A stretch of DNA of 64,000 nt, taken from Acanthaster planci (taxonomy: Eukaryota). Shown piece by piece: positions 1 to 10,900 of this stretch; position 1 is the stretch's first letter, and each line of letters starts with the position of its first letter. The notes under the pieces were generated by a model. It searched no databases and was not told where the DNA came from. It was given only the letters and a program-made list of their open reading frames with translations. Location: assembly GCF_001949145.1 (NCBI RefSeq), contig NW_019091355.1, forward strand, positions 618,083 to 682,082, in the 5' to 3' direction. Both the position numbers and the translations under genes were made by a program.

Positions 1-570
1 GGCTGCCGTCATGCAGATAAGGTAAAATTAAAATTATGGCTAATTTCAGTTTGATGGTTGGGGGTTTGATCAGATTGAAACTTGAACTGCACCATTTTGA
101 AGATATATCAAACTTACACTTCCTTTATTGAATAATTAAATGGTATGCATGCATTATTAAAACTGATGCTAGTAGACTAACTTGTTCAATTACATGTACG
201 ATAAATACAAATTATTTGAGAATATTACAGTTTTTGCACTGTAAATTCAGCTCATTCTGATGGCTTTTTTAATGTTTGTTATCGCTTTATATCTAAAGCT
301 TCTTTTACTGATGAGAAAAATTGCCCTTCTTTACCTGACGGTCTCTCAATATAAACATTTTGACCTCCCCAACTTTCAAAGTGTATTTCCAACAATATTC
401 TGGTATTATTTTTATTTTCAGGCTTCCATGCAGTGAACCTTGGCCCACGAAAAGTGCTTCTTGACTACAGAGAACCAGAAGTAAATCAGGATGTACAGCA
501 TCTCAAGAGATGTCCAAGTACCATCAACAGAACGTACAAAATCAAAGACACTAAAAGAAATGAAACTTAA
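1..570 (+). CDS. Possible last exons of an unidentified upstream gene (partial)
   Basis: Donor AG|GTAAAA after 21 and a pyrimidine-rich acceptor TTTTCAG ending at 421, followed by AT-rich UTR-like sequence. Reading frame and product cannot be resolved. Confidence 0.25.
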
Positions 571-979
571 CGGGGCCCCACCAAGTATGGATTTGTGAGG
601 ACAATAGAGATCTGGAATGGCAAGGCATGAAATGGTTCATTGTCTCCTCGTACTTCAGTTTGTCAGTCCATGCAGTTTTAGTCCATCAGAACAGTTTTTG
701 CAGTGTAGAGATAGAAATTTGGCTTGTTTTAGTTCTAGTGGAATCCAACTGGGAATGATTAAGAAAATTTTAGCTCTGAAAAACTGTAATCAAATTACAC
801 ACATTTTAAGAAACATCTCAATCAGTCAAATTTTTTAATGTTTCAACTTCCACTACTGTTGATCCAAAGGTTGTTTCATTGTTTGGATTTTCATAGAAAT
901 GAAATCAACATGGTACACCTTTCAAAGGAATGAAACTCGATAAATTGGCCTGGGTTGACAAATGACTTTTGCTTGATCA

Positions 980-1420
980 CAACACAAATGATGAATTAAA
1001 ATGTTAACGTTTCATTCTGTGTGTGATTTTATTATATGAGTGTTTCAAAAATGAAATACCTAAAATATTTCTAGTGTATTAAATATGCCTGAATTTTCTT
1101 GCTAGCAGGTGGTAAAACATTTCTCTTTTTAGGACTAAATACTAGCGAAAGAGTAATGATCAGTTCAGGTAGTTTAACAATAGAAATTTATTTTGATACA
1201 ATACTCGAATTTGGGCTCAGAAAACTGATTAAATTACACAAATGATGAAATAAATGTTGGAAATGCTTTATTCTCTGTGTCATTCTATTAAATGAGCATT
1301 CAAAAATGGAACATTTGAAATATTTTTCATTTGTATTAAAAGATCATGCCTTTAAAATTGAAAATGTGTCTTGAAATGCTCAATAACTTTATTGAGCATT
1401 TCTCTTTTGAAGGGCTAGTG
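980..1420 (+). repeat. Degenerate tandem duplication, unit about 255 bp
   Basis: ACACAAATGATGAA...TTCAAAAATG.AA...AAATATTT...TGTATTAAA recurs from about 982 and about 1236. TTTCTCTTTT recurs near 1120 and 1398. Confidence 0.7.
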
Positions 1421-1787
1421 AATTTTGACTCTTTTTAATGAAAATACTCAAGATCGATGGTGAAAAAAACAAAACTGACCATTCACAATTGCGCAGTTAT
1501 ACGCAACTGACCAACCAGTTAATGTTATGGAGCTCAATGAAAGATTATAAATATTCAATTAATTTTTTTATTGTATTAACTTTTTGAAATCTGATCAAAT
1601 TGTTTGCAAAGGTCAGAGTTGAGAAACGATTGTTTTACGTGAAGACAAATCCGGTTATATTCTGGAAATGGAGGAAAATGAAACTCAATTTAACTCTGTA
1701 TGGGGTCATTGCTGTTATAAAGCCTCAACACAGTGGAAGCTCAGGTAAGGATCAGTCTGTAACTTCACTCATAAAGAATAGGCATTC

Positions 1788-2069
1788 TTAAGGTACTTTC
1801 TGAACAAAATTAATTGAATTTCCAACGAATTTATTACCTGGTGCCGGTACTGAGCTATTTCAGACGGATCCAAATTTTAGTCGCTCAAGAGAAATTATTC
1901 ACTCCCAAAAATGGAACTAATTGTACTAAAAAAAGGGCCTGTCTGCTAGAGCATTAATTGGCCATTTTGTATGTTGCTATTTAAGGTTGGTTAAAGAGAC
2001 TGGTAATTCAGTTTCATTTTACAATGTATATTGTTTATTTTTCCGTTAATTTTAACAATCGCACCTTAA
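1788..2069. mobile_element. Possible TTAA-flanked non-autonomous DNA transposon (Kolobok-like)
   Basis: TTAAGGT at the left end and ACCTTAA at the right, with partial inverted similarity (AAAATTAA). Confidence 0.3.
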
Positions 2070-2257
2070 GAGTATTGGATTGTTAACGTACAAATGACGA
2101 GAACGAGAGGTCGAATTAAACCAATCCCACAATGCATTTCAACTAATATTTGGTTTGAATATTTAAATTTTTTATTGAAATGAGGTCAAGGATCAGTTTT
2201 TTTTTGATTGCGCAATCCTAACCTTTAAATATAAGTTCCGAGCAGAATTTTTCGAAG

Positions 2258-2348
2258 AAGCTTGTGGCTTGGTGGGCTAGCTCGCTGTCCGCCAGGCTGA
2301 CGGGTCCCCGGTTCAAATCCAGCTGGGGACCCGGGGAGAGGATTTTTT
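2258..2348 (+). ncRNA. tRNA-derived Pol III-type unit or SINE head (unit 1)
   Basis: A box TGGCTTGGTGG 2265-2275, B box GGTTCAAATCC 2310-2320, T6 at 2343-2348. No canonical cloverleaf. Confidence 0.55.
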
Positions 2349-2370
2349 ACTCTCTGCAGTGGTGATTTAT

Positions 2371-2463
2371 AAAAAAAAGAAATAAAATGGTAGCATGGCT
2401 GGGACTAGAACCGGGGACCTGCTGACTAGCAGTCTCTCTTCTTTTCCGCTAGGCCACGGCACT
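2371..2463 (-). ncRNA. tRNA-derived Pol III-type unit or SINE head (unit 2, convergent with unit 1)
   Basis: Minus-strand A box TGGCCTAGCGG (2446-2456), B box GGTTCTAGTCC (2402-2412), anticodon-like loop GA-CTGCTAG-TC and T runs downstream. Acceptor and T stems pair poorly. Confidence 0.55.
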
Positions 2464-4959
2464 TTCTTGAAAAACTCTACGGTTTTCGTAATTATAAACC
2501 TTAGGTTGTTTATACTTAGAAATTTTTCAGCACTGACTAGATTTCCAGATTGCAAGGGGTACCCCTTGACAAATTGGCAAGATCTAAGGCTTGGAGGCTG
2601 AGAGGGTGGAGGGGTAAGGCTTAAGCACCAGCGTGTGACTGTTGGATGATTTGGAGCAACTGATTGAAGGGCCAGGAGCTGTTGGGGTTCAGGGGTTGGG
2701 AAGTAGCTTCCATGATTGGGAGATGATGGCACTTTGGTTTAGATGAAGTGGAGTGGACTTTTGTCTGACTGGGTCTTTCAGAGAACGGAGAAGTCCTGGG
2801 AGTAGGCAGTGTTGAGTCTGCCACTGAGATCTGAATGCTGCAGAAGATCATTCCTTGTTTTTCACGAGAGCAAGTCATTGGCTGATGCCTGAAGAGTGGG
2901 CTGGGTTATCTCCATGGTCGAGAGACACATCTGGACTTGCTCCTCTGGAGACTATTGAGTGAGACAGGTAGACCACTTAGTGTGAGGGTCTTGTTGCAAC
3001 CTGGTTGAAGGGCCTTCCTCATTTGACCATCACATGTACTGCTGGAACTGCTGCTCATGCTACGTGATCACTTTAGGCTGCACTGCCCTCTGTTGTTCAT
3101 GACATGTAGAATTTTTTTCTTTGACGGGTCACATGATAGTCTGGTGACAGTGCACACAGGTTCATTTCTCAGAAGTGGCAGTAAAATACAAACATAAATG
3201 ACTGATGATGGAAATGCCAAGGTTTGTTTTATAATTGAAGAAATTGGAGTTTGGCCAATGGGTGATTTTGAACAAACTGTTATTGCTGAAGTTTCATGAG
3301 TGAACTGAAATATTTCTAGGAAGGTAAGGCTTTCATTTTGAAGAGTCATTTGGGTAAATTGAACCAGTCACAATGATGCATTTGTTCATGTCCCTAAGAC
3401 CTGCAGTGGTTGTAAAATTCAAAATATTTTCCTGAAATTGAGATAAATGTTCTGAATAGAAAAAACCTGTGGCAACCTTTTGATCTGAATAACACTTTGA
3501 AATGAACTACGATTAAGACAAATGTTCAAAGGTCAAACAGGCTCACTGACCTTAATTTAATGCTGTGCCTTCGTCAAAAGCATAATACATGCCAACATCC
3601 AAGCGGGCAAGCCTCGCTTTGTTTACAATGTAATGCACGAACCAATCACAACGCTACGTTATTTTTAAGATGGACGCTTCCGTACTAGTGACGTACATTA
3701 TTAATGAAACATCGCCTTCAACTGACACGTTTTTTTTTTCAACTCGGAAATAATCACCATTTCGAAAGAATGAATTCATTTCGTCATGGTTTTTTTTCAA
3801 ACTTTTGTTTTCTGTTTTTCGTCAAGTTCCATAAATGAAAGTAAAACTGACACATAAAACATCTCGAATGAGACAATTCTTTTATGCATTCAATGAATCA
3901 CTTTAGGTCACATTTTGCTATCACATTTATCAATCAACAAAACAGCATTCTAATTGCCTTTGTGTCACAGTGGTCACCCCTCATATCTAATAATGGAACT
4001 GTCCTCTTCCAGTACCAGCTTTAAAGCTTTGGAGGTGTTTGATTCACAAGAGAGGGGTGAAATTAGTTGTCCGAAGGCAGTCTTCACTTTCCGTAGTCTA
4101 ATTCAGAATAAAATAAAAGCCACTTTAAATGTTCAGAGGGCATTGCCTTGCCTACTATAGGTCAAAGGTCAATCTCATTGATTCAAAACACGAAGCCCCA
4201 AGAAATGTAAAACAAAACAATTCAACGCTATGAATATCATCCTACATGGGGTCAAGGGTAGGGTGGATTTTTTTAATGATTCTAGAAAAATTTGTGAGAT
4301 TTACTATAATTCACTCAAGCAAAGTGAAGTTGCCTATGGTGTAATCTAAGATAATGGGAACATCGGGAAACAGTTAAAAAGGTTGAGACAAGGCTGGTGC
4401 CCTGTCCCATATATACTGACGTCAAATACAATTCCTTTAAAGTACCCATCCAAGCCACAACAGTGCATCCAGTAATGCTGAATTGAAACGCGTCTAACCA
4501 GCATCCAAGTGCCAATTTACCAAAATCAGAAATGACATTCTGTCTCAACTTAAGAACTTTGTGGCGAACTGTTCATTATCTTCTCACAAATAAAGATGGA
4601 AAAATAAAAATAGGTTTTTTATAAGCTTGTTTCAAAAACAGCATTCACATTTTCAATGAAGTAAAACCAAAGTACTATATTCATCAGTTTACAATTATTC
4701 TATGAAAGTTTCTGCAATTTGATGAGAATTTTTCTCTTTGGATTTGTTCCAATAATATTCTTTAATTTAAATTATCACATTCTAAATTTTTGTCACATGG
4801 GAGTTTTGAATGGGAAAGGTAGTTTGGCCAGACGACAGACCAAAAAGCATTAGAGGATGGCTACTGCAGCGACGATGATTAACTTAGCTATCTCTGGTGG
4901 ATGTCACGACTGAATGATACAGCGCCCTCTATGGCAGCAGATGGAGATGTCACCTCCTG

Positions 4960-7900
4960 TCACATGGCTGACTGGCTCCAGGCTCCCCATACCTATGATT
5001 TTGTCAGAGAAAAAATGCAAATCATTAATGACAGCCAAACAGAAAACCGGTTGAGGAACTGAACTGATGCAAACTCCCCATGATCGATGCTAACATTGAA
5101 TTAGAAATTATATATTACAAGACACCCTATTCACAATGCAACCATTTTGATCATGTTCCCTGCATCTATTTTTTTTCAATGTAATTTGTCAAATTTTGTC
5201 AATTTGCCAGACTATCTGGGGTTCCATGCCTCGCTTTCATTTTGAAATGTTGCTTAAAACATCTAGATGTAATAAATGACATTTGTTGCTTTCATAATTC
5301 TTGGGTTCCCAAAATAAAACAATTCAATCCACTTTCAATTCAATATAGCAGACTTGAGAATATGGCCAAAACTTTCACTGGTTCCCTGTTCTCAATAAAA
5401 AAAACCCTCATTTGCTGTGACATCTAGTATTATTTCAAGCATTGGCTACCTAAGAACTTATAAATCATGAGTTTGTTTTATCATAATCCCCATGCTCTGC
5501 CCAAACTAATTTGTTTTGCATATGAATGTCCAGTGCTGAGATAGGACCTACCTTTGGATTGGTACCATCCAGATGCATGGTAGGTGCTGGGTTCCAGACT
5601 GCCTCTGCCATACCGTGACCTGTGACCCCACCCATATCTCCCATGGCCATGTTGTGATGCATGCCTGCCATTGGCTCATGCTGCTCCCCGAATGGACTCA
5701 CTGGCGTCTGAAAGAAATAATGGAGGAAGCCAAGTTGGCAACTCAAAAGGTGTCTTCTGGGTTAAAATCTCTTTAGAAAACTAAAAATTGGGGAGATTTT
5801 GATAAAGAACAAGACAAGAATAATGCTGGCATACTTCAAGAGTCTTCCAAGCTGCGACTTTCTTGTGTTCTCAGTAATGTTTAGCTTCATTTCTTATACA
5901 TAATGTGGAGACCCAGGATTTTTAGCTTTTTCTTAACTCCAACAACTGAGGTGGGGTTGTTAGAAGAAGGTTGAGTCCCTTACCATGTGCATTTGGAAGC
6001 CGTCCTCTCTAGGGGGAGCCTCATGAGGGAAGTTAGGCATACCGTTAGCTGGAGCGCCTGGCAGGTCCTCTAGGTTGGTACTGGGGGCCCAATCACCACC
6101 ACTCCCTGGAGGAAATATGCAGGAATAACAAGAACTTTTCACCGATTCCATCAAAGATGAGGAACTTCTCTTTCATCACACAGAAGTTTCATGAAAGTAA
6201 GATCTGGGGATTTTTTGGCCAGGAGGGGGATCTGGATGGATCTAACACCCAATTCATTCTGTCTTTATCACTTCAGCTAAATTTTTAGACTTGGTAAGAA
6301 TGTTAGAATATTTCATCAGGTCCAGTACAAAACCAGAGGCTGTTTTTAAACCCAGACAGACTACATTTTATTTATCAACATCCAATAGCTAATCCTAGAG
6401 TAGTAGATGATAGATTCGGGCCTGTACAAGTCTGAGCTAGTAACACTGTATGAAATGTCAATGTCTGGTGGGTTGAGAAAGATTTCTCAATTGAATTCTC
6501 CTACCTGGTGTGTAAGCCCAGATGCTGCTTCCTGGTGTACCAACTGGATTGCCCAGATCACTAACTGGCACGCCAACGTAATTGACGGGTGTCTTCCGCT
6601 GGCCACGGCTACGCTCATTGCCAATGGGGATTGGGAGGCGACGATCTGGACCAATGACCGCTGGAGGTGGAGGCTGAGGTTGATCAGTTGCCATGGTGAC
6701 TGGACTGGGCGTGGTGGTCGCTGAGCGAGGCGATGCTCCAGGCGATATCGGCGAGCTACTGCTGGACATCATGGTGTTGGGAGGGGTTGGGGAAGGGTTA
6801 GGATTGGCAATGGGGGTGAACTGGCGTGCATTGGCATTCAGGGTGGACCCGATGGGGGAGGGGTAATCTGGCTGCTCAGGAGGGAGGGTCTGGTTGATGT
6901 TGACCCCAAACTGCTGACCAGGGGGAAAGGTGGAGTTTGGAGGGTTGGGGACTGGGTAGTTGTGGGCATTGAAATACGGATTAGGGATGGAGGTTGGAGG
7001 TTGCTGGAGAGGAGGGGTGGGATTCATGTGGGAGCTACGGTTGTACCCTGGGGCTTTGGACATCTCCACACTAGGTGGAGTCGGAGGGCGGTACTCGCCG
7101 TTGGCATCAGGCCTGCCGGAGTGCTGGGTCACACCCGTACCCCAGAACCCTGTGCTGTGGGACTGCGTGAGGAAATTGAAATTAGGGTAGGATTGTGAGG
7201 AGGTGGTGTTGGTGGATGAAGATGAAGGGGTGACAGCTCGGGTGCCTTGGGACATCTGCTGTTGCTGTTGTGGTAGTGGCTGTTGTGGTGGTGGTTGTTG
7301 CTGATGAACCTGTTGATAGCTTGGCTGGGTGGGGTTAGGCTGGCGTGGTTGTGATGGTCGCACTATCACTGATGCCTTGGTGGGTGGTGCAGTGACCGCA
7401 GGTTGTGACAAAGACGCTACGGTTGTCAGAATCAGGGGTCGCACATTGGCCATCTTGCTGTCAGCAATTTTGGAGGCAAATGAAGCCGAAGATGATGGGG
7501 CAGTGGAGGAACTGGATCGGGGTGGGGCAGCCATTGCCTGGTGATCAGTGCTGGTGGCCTGTGGTGTGGGACCAGCTGTGGACGAAGTGGGTGGGAAGAG
7601 TTGCCGGGCTGCCGAGCGAGGGGAGGATCCCACCGAACTGCTGATAGCGACAGAACCAGCGGATGGACTTCCTCCCGTGGCAGTGGTGGTCGCTGTCGGG
7701 AAGCGCGGCCCAGACTGGCTGGGGCTGGGTCGTCTAGGAGCTCCCGTCATAGGCACCACATTCCGGACAGGGATGGCTCCCCAGCCTGAGATGGTACTGG
7801 CTGCCTGGGGAAGCGGGAACCCTCCCTGGAATTGGGCCAGAGGCGCACCAGGGCCACGGAACTGCAAGGGCTGCTGCAGAGCCTTGGCAAATACTGCTTG

Positions 7901-10900
7901 GGAGAATTGCGCATGATGGGCCACACTGTTGGCGATGGACAGTGAGGGACGGACAGCCCCTGACTGCGGAATCCAAAGATTCATCCCTTTGGTGTCGGCA
8001 GTTGTGCTCTTCACGGAGACCTTGACGGCAGATGAGGCGGTGGTGACGGTCTTTGTCGCCGAGTAGGAGTTGGAGACGGTGAAGGTAGCAGTGTTGGATG
8101 AAGACTGGTGAGATGACGTCACCTTCTTGACCTTTGGTATGATGTCGGCAATGTCGCGATCTGGATCTTTGATCAGGGCTGCTATGAGCTGGTGGGCTTG
8201 GCGAGTTGCATCAGCTGAGCCCCTGAAAGACAACATCAAACACTATATGAATGAAACAACTCAAGGTACAACAATGGTTTGGTTTAACCCTAGACTCAAA
8301 GCCATCAGGGATCCAAGTCCTTAAGCAAGGTATCTTGCCATAATCATTTCTTTGGTCTTTTTTTGTTTTGCAATTAACGCTTACAGTCTGAAAGGGTTAC
8401 CCTTTTCATGCCTGGCTCTTTCAAATTTCCTGTATTAGCTCAGACTAAGGTTCATAGTTCAGACTATAAATAGTTCACTTCCACTTTATTTGAAGTAAGC
8501 CTCAACTCAGACTTACTTGATGTTAATGGTCCTTTCTCCACCCTTATTCTGCCGGTCTACATCAATGTGCGCCCCTGTCACTTCCCGAATGGCATTAATG
8601 TTACACCCTCCTCGGCCAATCAGACGGCTGATTGCTGATGCAGGGACATTGACTTTCTTCGACCGGAATGAGGAGATTGACCTAGAAGACAAAAAACCAT
8701 CAAATACGCATGATGACAGGTTCTGCCAATCATTTAACTCCACAGCACAGCATCCACATTTATCAAACTCCTCAATACAAACTACTGAAAATGTCTTTCA
8801 TCTGAGTCATGGTACACTGTGACTTTGAACACTCAGCCAACATCCGATTGTAGCTATAACTTGCGGATGCAGTGAAACATGTTAGAGGTAAACTTTATTT
8901 TTCTTACCTTCGGACAACTTCCTTCCAGCCTTCGTCCCTCTTCTGTCCTCTCTTGGGGCTGGCTCCTGTGCCTGGCGGGTTCTTGACAGTAGAGGAACCA
9001 GCCGCGTCTCCGCTGCCTCCCCGGGGCGAGTTCTTAGTGCTATGGCTATGGTCCCTATCCGCAGAAATCACAAGAGGTGTTGGTTTCATTCTAGATCATC
9101 AAGATATTGATAAGCTTCACAACTGATTTAGTAAAAGCACCTGTTGGAGGTTTTGGGTCACCGCTTACAACCTTTTAATTTGAGGCGAGTCTCTAGGGGT
9201 TTCCCACCCAAATAAAAACTGGCATTGTATTTCAAACTGCTTCCTGGGAACACTTCTTACAAACCCATCATGATCTATGTTACAGATTTTAGGGACTACG
9301 GCCAGTCTATAAACTTGGGGTCTGATTTTTTTTCGTGTCCCTGTCACATCTGATATATGATAGTTTGAAATAGTTTGAAATCAATTTCAATATTTAAATG
9401 TCACATTACACAGCTCAGTACAGGTACAAATAAAATTACCACTGTTGGACCCTCAAATTAAATTCATAAAACGACCGATAAGTACAAAGATTATATCACT
9501 CACGAGGAATGATCGGTATGCTTGCCGTCTTTCCCCGACTTCTTTCGTCTCTCCTTATCTCGCCCCTTGTCCCTCTCCCGTTCTTTCTTGGCTGGCCCGC
9601 CTCCCTCTTTGCTGTCAGTCTCGTCCATCTCAATCACGCTGTTGCGTAGTCTCTTCCTGCTGTCACCCTCATTGATATCCTGACCTCGTGATTTGGCACG
9701 AGATCGGACGCGGTCTTTCCTGGAGTCACTGGCACTGGTCACTGTAAAAAAGGCAGACATCAGGCCTGACTCACAAATGGCGTACAATAAAATTGTTTCC
9801 TTCATGCTGGATTTTTCTTGGTTCTAGGAAATTAAATTCTAAAACTTCCTTTTATCAGTTTCAAGTATGATAACTTGTAGCTCAACATCAAGGCATCATC
9901 TTCTTGTATTTATAATTGGCAAATCAATCATTAATGTTTGATTTGTGAACCAAGAAGTAAGGAGAACTTTGTACCAATAACCAAATAGTATGCCAAGGTT
10001 CCTTCATGATTCGCAACTAGGCTATCTTCTCAGGACCATTCAGTAAGTCCTTCTTGGATGGCCACGCTGCCAGATTCTTACAGACAAGGCTAAGTACCTG
10101 ATTCTTTGGAGCTTGAGGAGCTGGTAGGTATGTTGCCTGCTGTTATCTTGGCACTATTGCCTGTCATTGACAGCGCCTTGACAGCATTGCTGCCACTGCT
10201 GCTGTTGTTGATGTTGCCTGTATTGCTACTGACATTGCTGCTGTTGTTGCTGCTGTTGTTGCTGGTGACTAGCTTGGTGTTCTTACCCTTCTTGGCTCCA
10301 GACATGGTGTAGGTGGCTGGAGTGTCTGTGGTGCAGACTTTGCCGATGGTAGTTGTGGTAGTGGCAGAAGGGGGCTCAAGGGGAACTGGGTCTTCCACTA
10401 TGGGGGGGGGGTTGAGACAAAAAAGAAAATCGTTGGGCTCATAGTTTGAATGAAACCCTAATAGTAAAAGGAAACTACTGTCTCAAAAATGATCACAAGA
10501 ACGGAACAAAGTATGACGCCTTGAAAACCATATCATCAGACAGCTGGGCATGTCTACTGCTCATGAAGTGAATGTGAACTCAAGATGAATAGACAACAGC
10601 GACAGGTGCATGTAGCTTAAAGTTAAGACACATAAAATGCTCTCTGGACTGAAACAGGAACAAAATGTCACACTTCAGACTTCCCTAATGATGCACAAGT
10701 TTAACCTATTATTTGATATGTCGATGTAAACTCTAGACTAACAGCTCCCAGCAACAGGTGAACAAAGACATGTGATTGGTGAATGTTAGGATTTAAGTGT
10801 TTTTAATACATACTCAGGCCTAACCAAGGTTAAGACCAATTATGGATAAGCTCGATCTACTCAACATCATGTGGATATGAACCCAGGACCCAAAGCTCCC

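Noticed and set aside
2371..2463. Functional tRNA-Ser(GCT)
   Set aside because: No long variable arm and poor acceptor and T-stem pairing, so it is kept only as tRNA-derived.
4159..4171. Perfect DR1 AGGTCAAAGGTCA in the MASK 3' region
   Set aside because: Similar words recur elsewhere in the window and there is no supporting context.
6407..7976. Several plus-strand and alternate-frame ORFs overlapping the large MASK exon
   Set aside because: Shadows of a GC-rich, low-complexity coding exon with no independent protein signature.
10106..10312. Leucine-rich ORF resembling a membrane peptide
   Set aside because: Antisense reading of the Ser/Asn (AGC/AAC) repeat in MASK exon 24.
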